Positions 54,055-62,575 of a stretch of 64,000 nucleotides of DNA are shown piece after piece. The stretch is from positions 192,697 through 256,696 of the forward strand of contig CAVVEL010000002.1 of the NCBI GenBank assembly GCA_963747095.1, written 5' to 3'. How positions within the stretch are numbered: position 1 is the stretch's first letter; each line of letters opens with the position of its first letter. The position numbers and the translations under genes are program-made. Source of the stretch: Terriglobia bacterium. GTDB lineage: Bacteria > Acidobacteriota > Terriglobia > JAJPHL01. The notes beneath the pieces are model-generated. The model was not told the DNA's origin. It worked only from the letters and a program-made list of their open reading frames with translations, and did no database searches.

Positions 54055-54798
54055 CTACCGCGACTGATCTGCGTAGTCTCTTTTGTCGGGCGGTTTTGCA
54101 AAACAACGACAATTGGTTTTCTGGCGGAGAGTCGTCTGACTCTTGGTCGCTTTGTTCGGGGCGATTCCACTGGCGGCCGAACTTGGCGGACATCTCACTG
54201 AGAAAGTTTCGCCGCCAAACGGACGGCCCGCATAGGTGCAAGCGCGCAGCGCGACGTCGGAGTCCGGCTCAGGTTGCTGGCGATGAAGGATTCCACGCCA
54301 TTCTGCGGGCGCTTCGGCGCGCCACCATTCCATATCCAGCAGGCCGCTAGGATCTTCCCCCGCCAGGTGCGGCGTCGCGCTCGACCAGGGATAGTCCTCC
54401 GCGACAGACACGATGCCCGCACGCACGGGGTTGCGCTCCACATAGGCGAGAGCGGTCCACAGGTGGCTGGCCTCCAATACGCACGCGAAAAAGCGGTTCT
54501 GCCAGAAGTGGCCGGTACGGCCCGCGCACACGTTGTAGTATTGCGCATACCTTCCGTGCACGCGCCGCAGCAGGATGCTCAGAGAATCCTCGCGTTCTAG
54601 AACGGCGATCAAGTGAACATGGTTGGTCATCAGACACCATCCCAGCAGACGCGTCTCGGTTTCCACGAGATTCTGCTGGAGGAGCCGCAGGTAGGTGCGA
54701 CGGTCGCCATCGTCGGAGAGAGTCTCGCGGCGATCCACACCACGTTGCGTGATGTGGCAGGCGACTCCCGGAAGCACACACCGACTCCGCCGTGGCAT
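54055..54798 (-). mobile_element. REP-associated tyrosine transposase (RAYT; IS200/IS605 Y1 transposase-like), intact copy
   Basis: MPRRSRCVLPGVACHITQRGVDRRETL...WCLMTNHVHLIAV (HuH motif)...ERNPVRAGIV...DYPWSSA (catalytic Tyr region); flanked by 22-bp perfect inverted REP-like repeats. Confidence 0.75.
54064..54085. repeat. REP-like element, left arm of inverted pair flanking RAYT (ctgatctgcgtagtctcttttg)
   Basis: Perfect 22-bp inverted repeat with 54850..54871. Confidence 0.8.
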
Positions 54799-54844
54799 AT
54801 GTGCTAGGATAATCCGAAATGCATGATGCATTTTCAAAAAGACG

Positions 54845-55417
54845 ATGCGCAAAAGAGACTACGCAGATCAGGCTGTCCCCGCAGTTCGCCGACTCCTAAG
54901 AACGGGGCGTGTGAGAGGATACGTCGGGCACCATATCAACAGCGTGAATGGTTCACAGGAGCTCGCGGGAGAGCCGAACAACATTAGGTTTGTGCAAGGC
55001 CAGACGGAGAATCTGGAGCTGCATGGAGGCGACTTCCGGAATCCTACGAAAGGAGAACTCATAGGCCGCTCCGAGATGATGAATAACTCCCTTGCCGTGT
55101 TAAGCATCATTCAATTGGTCGGCGCAGAGGTTGTCAAGGTTGCGGAGACGAATATCACAGGTGTTTATGAAGGATGGAGTTTCAGGAATTGGATGCCCAA
55201 CCCAGACGCTCTGTTCCTCGAAGACCCGGCCAAGGCGGCAGTCACGCTGGACGGCTTTGGTATTACCGTATTTGGACCGAAGGGAGCTAGCGCGGACTAC
55301 ACCATCCGCGGGGGGAACTACTACCAAACGGGATCCGACAAGCCCGTCGATCCAAGCGCGTTCAAGGGAGCTGAGTTCACAGTCAAACCGGGCTGCATAC
55401 CTGACAGGTGTTCTTGA
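54845..55417 (+). CDS. Hypothetical protein between RAYT copies (start uncertain)
   Basis: 190-aa ORF; no recognisable motif. Confidence 0.3.
   Translation: MRKRDYADQAVPAVRRLLRTGRVRGYVGHHINSVNGSQELAGEPNNIRFVQGQTENLELHGGDFRNPTKGELIGRSEMMNNSLAVLSIIQLVGAEVVKVAETNITGVYEGWSFRNWMPNPDALFLEDPAKAAVTLDGFGITVFGPKGASADYTIRGGNYYQTGSDKPVDPSAFKGAEFTVKPGCIPDRCS
54850..54878. repeat. REP-like element, right arm (caaaagagactacgcagatcaggctgtcc)
   Basis: Reverse complement of GGACAGCCTGATCTGCGTAGTC family. Confidence 0.8.
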
Positions 55418-55445
55418 GTCACTGCCCCTCACGGAAGGTTGATGG

Positions 55446-56046
55446 ATGACGGTCGATCTATTGGCGGAACTGACGGGTTTCGAGAGAGCAAGTGATCGTG
55501 AGAACGAAGTCGCCTTTTTCCGAACCCACGTTCCGTGGGTCGGCTCTGCAGCCTACCTGCATATCATTTTCAAACAGGCGCCGGAAGCGGCTCTTGTGGA
55601 CAGCGCGACGAAGATTGAAAATGCCATCTGGGCTTGTCAACTTCTTGGCAAGACAGAACGGTGCTCATCTGTTTTCAGGTGCCTTGCATTTGTTTGGTGT
55701 TGTCCGAAGAGGGCAACTCATGAATCGCGGGGACCCCGATTTGTTGCCGCCGTTTAACATAGAATGGGAAAACTCCGCAAGGAAATCGTTCGACAAAGAT
55801 CGTTTTCTGGCGATCGGCGGCTACGGTTTCGACGGCTCAACCACGTGCATTGAGCGACGGAGTGGCCGCGTGACTCTTTTTGTGCCCAGCACGGATCGTC
55901 CCGCCATGTCGTGGCCTGACCTAGAGAGTTGGCTCCGTGGTGAGATTGCCCGGCTATCGGCTCTTTTCGACTCGCGAGGCAAGAGATTGGTCGATGAATC
56001 GGCGACCGTTCCCAAACCAAGTTTGGGAAATGCGGGGACAGCCTGA
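55446..56046 (+). CDS. Hypothetical protein, apparent frameshift ~55700
   Basis: Two ORFs in different frames (MTVDLLAELTGFERASDRENEVAFF... and ...FLAIGGYGFDGSTTCIERRSGRVTLFV...). Confidence 0.25.
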
Positions 56047-56067
56047 TCTGCGTAGTCACTTTTCTCA
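56046..56067. repeat. REP-like element GGACAGCCTGATCTGCGTAGTC at 3' end of truncated RAYT copy
   Basis: Same 22-mer as 56986..57007. Confidence 0.8.
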
Positions 56068-56420
56068 AAACAATGACAGTTGCTTTTCTGGCGCAGAGTC
56101 GTCAGGCTTCTGCTCGGCTTGGTCGGGGCGACTCCACTGGCGACCGAACTTGGCGGACATCTCACTGAGAAAGTTTTCGCCGCCAAACGGACGGCCAGCA
56201 TAGGTGCAAGCGCGCAGCGCGACGTGGGAGTCCGGCTCAGGTTGCTGGCGATGAAGGATTCCACGCCATTCTGGTGGCGCTTCGGCGCGCCACCATTCCG
56301 TATCCAGCAGGCCGCTGGGATCTTCCCCCGCCAGGTGCGGCGTCGCGCTCGACCACGGATAGTCCTCCAGGACAGCGATTCCAGCGCGCACAGGGTTGCG
56401 CTCCACATACACGAGAGCGG
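56065..56420 (-). pseudogene. RAYT second copy, 5'-truncated (C-terminal half only)
   Basis: YVERNPVRAGIAVLEDYPWSSATPHLAGEDPSGLLDTEWWRAEAPPEWRGILHRQQPEPD ~90% identical to 54055..54420; homology stops at ~56420. Confidence 0.65.
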
Positions 56421-56432
56421 TCCGGAGAATGG

Positions 56433-56504
56433 GGTCGGCCTGGAGTTGACGATTTCTTTCTGAGCAACTGTCGAAAAAAACAATCCGTCAAGTCCAGGCC
56501 GACC
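56433..56504. repeat. Long hairpin: 19-bp inverted repeat (GGTCGGCCTGGAGTTGACG / CGTCAAGTCCAGGCCGACC, 1 mismatch) with 34-nt loop, at truncation point of RAYT copy 2
   Basis: Followed by ccattgcc(c/a)t x3 tandem. Confidence 0.75.
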
Positions 56505-56985
56505 CCAAGCCCACCCCATTGCCCTCCATTGCCATCCATTGCCCTGAAAGGGCGACCTAAATGCCGACTCACCTCCGAGGTGGCCGCCAGCCTCTTAGGC
56601 CGCCCCTTCAGGGCTTTCCTTGCGGCTGACTTCTGACCCTGGGCGTTGCCCAGGGCTGATATAGCGCGGGCCGTTGGCCCTGAAAACCCGTTCGGTAGGA
56701 TGCCTTTTCATCATCTCAGTGGCCGACTCGCGGACAGATCGGTTTCATCGTCAGGGAGTCGGCTGCCACCAGTTCCCAAAGGCGCGTAATGGTACGAAAC
56801 CAGGCGGTCACAAACCTAGCTAGCGTGCAAAACCGGGTGTGGTCAATTCCAGAAAAATGAATCCGGCCTTGGCGCTGGATATTGCCAACAAGTGGGCATC
56901 GCTTCAGTGGCTTAGAAATCCAGTGGGGGACTGGATATTCACTGGATATTCATTGCGGGCAGAGCGCGCTGGCCGGGAGGGGCCA

Positions 56986-57126
56986 GGACAGCCTGATCTG
57001 CGTAGTCATTTTTGGCGCGCAGTGTTTTTTCGGCAACGGCAGTCTGATGTTCCGACAGGCGTTCCGCGGTCGGAGAAAGGCTCGCGGTAGTCGATGAAAA
57101 AAAAACACGACGCAGATCAGGCTGCC
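56986..57126. repeat. REP doublet (BIME-like): GGACAGCCTGATCTGCGTAGTC at 56986..57007 and its inverted copy at 57109..57126, ~100 bp apart
   Basis: Inverted orientation, A/T-rich spacer with poly-A. Confidence 0.75.
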
Positions 57127-57493
57127 CTCCCCCGCCCTCGGTCCATTGCTGGCCGCCGCCAAATCCGCCACGCCACCCGCTGCGTCCGGCTGGGCCGCCG
57201 GAAAACTCCGGCGAGGCGAGTCGCCGCATTCAGTCATGGGGGAACTGCGGGGACCTCCATGATAAGTAAAGTCAAGGGGGCAGACGGAGTTGCCCCACCG
57301 ACGTGCTCGGAGAGCCGCCTTCGGTCTATGTAGCACGGTTGCAAAGTCGCGCGAGTGCCTCACGGCAGCGGTTCCCGCGGTTCGCGGAACCAGGCATCCA
57401 TGTGCGGGCACGGCTGTTTTCTGTGGAGCCAGTGCGAAAACACCGTCACCGAAGATTGGGGAGACGCGGGGTCATCCTGAAGCCACGACTTAT

Positions 57494-57718
57494 ACGAATC
57501 GGGAGCGCCAACATCTGGGATCCTCGCGTCCCAGCCCATGGCTCGTCGGATCGTCGGTGGTTGATGTGCTGATCGCCTGCGCGCTAGCGACTTGCGGAAT
57601 TGCCATAACTTCTCTCCCGGTCCTGTTGGTGGGAGGAACACTTGCAGCGGCCGTGGTCTTCGCAGTCCTGTTGGATTTTGTCAAAGTTCCCGTGTTCAAT
57701 CGCCTCAAGATGGCATAG
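57494..57718 (+). pseudogene. Duplicated 3' fragment (last ~75 codons) of a type-III P-type ATPase gene
   Basis: ATTYTNRERQHLGSSRPSPWLVGSSVVDVLIACALATCGIAITSLPVLLVGGTLAAAVVFAVLLDFVKVPVFNRLKMA ~80% nt identity to 39560..39797. Confidence 0.6.
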
Positions 57719-57915
57719 CGGGGGCTTGGTTAGGATGACCCCTTTTCCCAAGATGCTCAGAATGCAGGTTGCATCCGAGATCGGCATAGAGTCTTGTGCA
57801 GAAGTTGCAGATGGAGTGCGCTACCTGCGAGTACCTGCGAGTGGCCCTCCATCTGCTGAGTTAAGAGCGGAAGATGTCGCCGGAAGATGTCAGGCGGCAC
57901 GCAAAGGAGAAGGAT

Positions 57916-58062
57916 ATGCTGTTTGCCATCGTGGCTATTTTCTTGATCCTGTGGCTTCTTGGTTTCACGCTGCACGTGGCGGGAAGCCTCATCCACTTGC
58001 TGCTGGTCATCGCCGTCGCAGTTTTTATTGTCGGCTTGTTGAGGCGTTCGAGCACAAACTGA
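57916..58062 (+). CDS. Small membrane protein (48 aa), lmo0937-like family
   Basis: MLFAIVAIFLILWLLGFTLHVAGSLIHLLLVIAVAVFIVGLL; AAAGGAGAAGG RBS. Confidence 0.45.
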   Translation: MLFAIVAIFLILWLLGFTLHVAGSLIHLLLVIAVAVFIVGLLRRSSTN

Positions 58063-58072
58063 GGAGCAACCT

Positions 58073-58261
58073 ATGTCATTCGCCATCTACATCGTTGGAT
58101 TCATCATTCTGATTGGTGGTCTGGTGTACGCCGCAGTCATTTTGCATTTAGCCACCCATTGGATCGTTGTGGGTACGGTCGTCTTGCTGGGGGCTCGCGG
58201 TTGTAAAGGGCGTGTCGGCCACCAGGCAGAGAGATCCGTCATAAGGGCTTTGCACGATTGA
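58073..58261 (+). CDS. Small membrane protein (62 aa), two TM helices
   Basis: MSFAIYIVGFIILIGGLVYAAVILHLATHWIVVGTVVLLG; GAGGAG RBS. Confidence 0.35.
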   Translation: MSFAIYIVGFIILIGGLVYAAVILHLATHWIVVGTVVLLGARGCKGRVGHQAERSVIRALHD

Positions 58262-58389
58262 GTCCCCTTAACCACGAAAGTCACAAAACACACGAAAAGA
58301 ACAATTCCGTTTTCGTGGGCTTCGTGTTTTTCGTGGTTATGTGGTTTCCCTGGCCAGCGGCAGGCAAGGGTGCCGGCCCCACTCGCGCG

Positions 58390-60342
58390 TTATTGCACCA
58401 CGATCGTCACCGTATTCGAAGACACTCCGTTACTCGTGAGGACAATAGGAACGGCGTTGCCCGCCGGCACGCCGGCCGGGATCTGCACGTTCACCTGATA
58501 GAGTCCGGCAAATCCCGGCGCAAGGCCGGAGAAAGTGACGGGTGCGGCGATGTTGCCCACCGACACTTGCGGAAGGATCGCCGTGTTGAGCGGTGGATTC
58601 GGCGCGGGGCTGCCTTCGACAATCGCGCCGGTTATGCCGCCCAGTCCGGTGCAGTAGATCAGGATGAACCCACCCTCTTGCGCCGGCGTGCTCGAACTGA
58701 CCACCTGGTAGTCTGTGCTTCGCAGGATCAGTCCCGGGCCGGAGCCGGTCTGATTTGCCGTGAAGATTCCGGGAGCAGCAGCGGCGACGGTCACTGTTTG
58801 GGTCGCGGCCGTCGAGCCGGAGTTGGTCACTTGCATCGTGGCGCTTCCGGGCTTCAATCCGTAGGGAATCTGCGCGTTGATCTGCGTGGGCGAGACGTAA
58901 AACAGGGGTGCGGGAATCCCGTTGAAGGAAACCACCGCGTTCTGCAATGTCGCGCTGAGAGGCGCGGTCGGGGCGGCCTGCGTGCCGCTGGCCAGAGCGC
59001 TGCCGAAAATCGAAATGATCGCGCCCGGCGCGACGGTCGATTGGTAGCTGGCGCCATTAACCACGGTGGCGCTGCCCGGCACGACGGTTGCCGCTGGCGC
59101 CGTGATCGCGATCATGTATTCGTCGCCGTACTGCTGCGGCGCTCCGTCAAGCAACTGCAAGCCGAAGTTGCTGGCGTAAGCCAGGCGCGTGCCGTCGCGG
59201 CTGGCGCTCAGCTTGGGCATGTAGTTGTAGCTATTCAGGGGGCGGCTGCGGTGTTGCACCAGGCGGCGAATCTCGGAGCCGTCCATCTTGATCTGCAACA
59301 ACTCATCCATGTACGGGAGCCAGCCTGTGGGCGGGACCACATCGTTCCCCGGGTCAGTGTAGGTCTCCACGAAGACCCAAGTATTGTCGGCCGCGGTAAT
59401 GTGAACGGCGAAGCTCCAGTCGAGTGAGATCAGGCACGTTTGCACGCCATCGGCCATGTGGACTTTCACGATCGCGTTCTGTCCGCATGCCGGCAGCGGA
59501 TCGGCGGAGTTGGTCCAGATGAAGACTTCGTCACCGTTGCTGTCGCGGCTCATCTTCGAATGGCCGTCGGCGTGAGTCAATTGGCGTTTGAAGTTCCCGT
59601 GCAGATCGTATAACTCCACGCCCTGGAATCGGGCCGTGCCGGGCGTGAGCCAGGAAATCACCGCTTCATTGTCAGGTGAGATGAATACGTTGTTCCATCC
59701 AGGCGTACGGTTCCGCGCGACCACCGTCTTAGTATCGGTGCTGATCTGGTAGATGAACAACTCCCCCATACCGGACAGAGTGTCGCCAATCAGGATGAAG
59801 TGGTCGCCGTCGTAGGAGATATCCGTCTTCCCCTTGCCCGCGATGGCTGAGTACTCGCTGAACGTGTGGATCACAGTCGTGACGCCGGTGGCCACGTTGT
59901 ACGTCTTGAGCTGATTCCCTCCGGCCATATGATAGTACAGCGTGTTGTTGTCCACGCGCGACCAGCGCGGTTCGCTGGATGCGCTGATCTCCAGGGGCAG
60001 GTTGCCGACGAACGCGCCCGAGCCGCTGTAAAGTCCGAAGTAAGTGTTGTGAAGCAGGATCAAGCGTGAGTTGTCGGTGGTGAACGGATTGGCGGTGGAG
60101 TACTCGTTCTCGATCCATTGGAGCATTCCGCCGTTGGACGCATCCGGTGTGTGCTGGGCATCGGACAGTCGCGTAATAGTGGTTCCAAAGGCCGGATCCA
60201 CATACGTCAACTGACTGGCTGGCGGCTGCATCACGCCGTAGTTCGCGGGCAGGTGAACGCTGGTGTCGTTCTGCGCGGATATCTGAGTCGTTACGAGGGT
60301 TAAGAGACACACGACGATCAGACCGGAAAAGCTCGCTCGCAT
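58390..60342 (-). CDS. Secreted beta-propeller-like protein with Solibacter-type C-terminal domain
   Basis: ATG with GGAG at -9; signal peptide MRASFSGLIVVCLLTLVTTQISA; C-terminal PLFYVSPTQINAQIPYGLKPG...IYCTGLGG...FSGLAPGFAGLYQVNVQIPAGVP. Confidence 0.65.
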   Translation of the reverse strand: MRASFSGLIVVCLLTLVTTQISAQNDTSVHLPANYGVMQPPASQLTYVDPAFGTTITRLSDAQHTPDASNGGMLQWIENEYSTANPFTTDNSRLILLHNTYFGLYSGSGAFVGNLPLEISASSEPRWSRVDNNTLYYHMAGGNQLKTYNVATGVTTVIHTFSEYSAIAGKGKTDISYDGDHFILIGDTLSGMGELFIYQISTDTKTVVARNRTPGWNNVFISPDNEAVISWLTPGTARFQGVELYDLHGNFKRQLTHADGHSKMSRDSNGDEVFIWTNSADPLPACGQNAIVKVHMADGVQTCLISLDWSFAVHITAADNTWVFVETYTDPGNDVVPPTGWLPYMDELLQIKMDGSEIRRLVQHRSRPLNSYNYMPKLSASRDGTRLAYASNFGLQLLDGAPQQYGDEYMIAITAPAATVVPGSATVVNGASYQSTVAPGAIISIFGSALASGTQAAPTAPLSATLQNAVVSFNGIPAPLFYVSPTQINAQIPYGLKPGSATMQVTNSGSTAATQTVTVAAAAPGIFTANQTGSGPGLILRSTDYQVVSSSTPAQEGGFILIYCTGLGGITGAIVEGSPAPNPPLNTAILPQVSVGNIAAPVTFSGLAPGFAGLYQVNVQIPAGVPAGNAVPIVLTSNGVSSNTVTIVVQ

Positions 60343-60447
60343 GGACACACTCCAGAGGGCCAAGATTCAGTCTTCGTGAGACTCAGCTCGCAGGAGGCGG
60401 GACCTAACGGGGCACGAATAAGCCAACTATATCCCAAGTGAGCAGTT

Positions 60448-60467
60448 TTGAACATTACATTGTTCAA
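60448..60467. promoter_or_regulatory. AT-rich perfect palindrome TTGAACA-ttacat-TGTTCAA in divergent promoter region
   Basis: Only strongly AT-rich, symmetric site between divergent genes 58390..60342(-) and 60649..62241(+). Confidence 0.3.
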
Positions 60468-60648
60468 ATGAGTACTATTGACTGCGCGCTTTGAGTCGTT
60501 AGGGTGAGTACTGTGAACCACTCGTCTGGGTACTTGAAGACTCTCAGGTGATTAGTTTCGCTCTATCTCATTCAGAACACACGGCTGTCTCCAAGCGGAC
60601 AGACAGTTTGCCCACGCGCTTGCTAATCTGAATTGGGGGCAATCCACC

Positions 60649-62241
60649 TTGAATCTAAGCCTTCTGTTAGCAAGCATCGTTCTGATGGTTTCGGCCAGCG
60701 CAACCCAGACCGTTACCACCATCCAATACAACGATCCCAGCATCGTTTACACCGGCACTTGGTTCACGAACAACAGTCCTTCCAACCTCGGCGGCAGCTC
60801 CACGACCACCAACTACATCAACTCGCAAGCCGTGCTGAGCTTCACCGGCGCCGGCATCACCTGGTTCGGCGTGCTCGATCCGGGCAACGGCGAGGCTTGG
60901 GTTTATCTCGATGGCGTGATGAGCATTGTGGATTGCTACGGCGCCATCACGCAGTATCAGCAACCGTTGTTCACCGCCAGCGGGCTCGCGGCGGGTCCGC
61001 ACACGCTCTCCATCCAAGTGCCGCACATCCGCAAAAACATCAACGCCAGCGGCTCGTGGATCTATATCAACGATTTTCAAATCGTGAATGGCGCGCCCAT
61101 CATAGGAGGCGTCACCGCCAGTCCGGGCCTGGTGCAGCAGACCGACCCCTCGATCCTGTACACAGGAATTTGGGATACCAACGCCGCGGCCTATCTGAGC
61201 GGCGGAACGTCCGCGCTAGCCACGAATGCCAACTCGGCCGTCAGCATTCGCTTCGCCGGAACCGGCGTGACGTGGCTTGCCTATCGCGACCAGTGGTCGG
61301 GCATCGCCACGGTATCGGTGGACGGCGCGCTGGTGGCCACCGTGGACACCTATGCCTCTCCCGCTGTAGCCCAGTATCCGATGTACAGCATCGCTGGATT
61401 GGCGATGGGTACGCACATCTTGAGCATCGGCGTCACCGACACGCACTCCGCGGCTTCGGCCGATTCCTGGGTGTGGGTGGATGCCTTCAACGTGGCGGGT
61501 CCGACGGGCGTGGCGCCGACGATCTCCGCCGGCGGCGTAGTCAGCGCGGCGAGTTTCAGTGCGGCGCCCAACAATCAGATTGCGCCGGGCGAAATCATCA
61601 GCGTGTTCGGTAGCAATTTTCTGGCGACGGGAACCGCCGTGGCGGGAAGTCTTCCCTTACCCACGCAGCTCGGCTCGAGCGGCGCGTCAGTGACGGCGTG
61701 CGGGCGGAACATTCCGCTGTTCTCGCTCTTCCCTGGGCAGATCAACGCGCAGGTCCCGTGGGAATGTCCGGCCACGGGATTGTCGCCATTCACCGTCACG
61801 GCCAATGGACAAACCAGTGCATCGCAATCGCTCACGATGGTGGCGGCGTCGCCGGGAATCTTCTGGCTGAGTTCAGCCGGCACGGCCGGAGCGATTCTCC
61901 ATGGGAACAACACGTTGGTGAGTCCTGCAAGTCCGGCGCGAGGCGGCGAGACCGTGGTTGTTTATTGCACGGGCCTGGGCGCGACCATTCCGTCGTTCGC
62001 GACAGGCAGCGCAGCGGTTGGCTCCAACACCACTGCGAATCCGGTAACGGCATTGATCGGCGGAAAGGCCGCGATCGTGACGTATAGCGGCATGACCGAT
62101 GGTTTGGTTGGTCTGTATCAGGTGAACGTGGTGATTCCGGCAGGACTCACCGGCAGTCAAGTGATCGTGATTACGGCGAACGGATCAACGGGAAGTCCGG
62201 CGGCGAGCCAATCCGGAGTTACGCTTTCGCTGCTTCCTTGA
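60649..62241 (+). CDS. Secreted protein with two ~130-aa carbohydrate-binding-module-like repeats and Solibacter-type C-terminal domain
   Basis: Signal peptide; internal duplication (PSIVYTGTWFTN...GITWFGVLD...VYLDGV / PSILYTGIWDTN...GVTWLAYRD...VSVDGA); C-terminal IPLFSLFPGQINAQVPWE...VYCTGLGA...YSGMTDGLVGLYQVNVVIPAGL. Confidence 0.65.
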   Translation: MNLSLLLASIVLMVSASATQTVTTIQYNDPSIVYTGTWFTNNSPSNLGGSSTTTNYINSQAVLSFTGAGITWFGVLDPGNGEAWVYLDGVMSIVDCYGAITQYQQPLFTASGLAAGPHTLSIQVPHIRKNINASGSWIYINDFQIVNGAPIIGGVTASPGLVQQTDPSILYTGIWDTNAAAYLSGGTSALATNANSAVSIRFAGTGVTWLAYRDQWSGIATVSVDGALVATVDTYASPAVAQYPMYSIAGLAMGTHILSIGVTDTHSAASADSWVWVDAFNVAGPTGVAPTISAGGVVSAASFSAAPNNQIAPGEIISVFGSNFLATGTAVAGSLPLPTQLGSSGASVTACGRNIPLFSLFPGQINAQVPWECPATGLSPFTVTANGQTSASQSLTMVAASPGIFWLSSAGTAGAILHGNNTLVSPASPARGGETVVVYCTGLGATIPSFATGSAAVGSNTTANPVTALIGGKAAIVTYSGMTDGLVGLYQVNVVIPAGLTGSQVIVITANGSTGSPAASQSGVTLSLLP

Positions 62242-62575
62242 TGGTCTCGCGAACCAATGAACCAATGAAGGATGGGGCCGACCCCGTTTCCCAGCAGGCC
62301 AGTGGTATCTGTAGGAGGGTCCGCCGGAGAACGATGGCTGCCAAGGTGACCAGAGCCCAAGCGCCATAGAAGCCGCGTCTTTCAAGGGGCTTCTTCTCCA
62401 GGCTGGCCTTCCAATGCAGCGAATCGCAGCTCCCGTAGGCGGCCGGACCGGCTAGTACCGGCACGGCTACAAACCCGTCCCGACAATGCCCGCCGCAAAC
62501 AGGACGAGCACCGGACGAGTTGCGCCGGACGCCGCTTGGGCCTGACGGCCTGACGAACATGCTAAAATAGAGCTA

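Noticed and set aside
62219-62560. 113-aa ORF on the minus strand between the 60649 gene and the NtrC-like regulator
   Set aside because: Overlaps the 3' end of the upstream gene, lacks an RBS, and has skewed composition. It is probably spurious, though a small membrane protein cannot be fully excluded.
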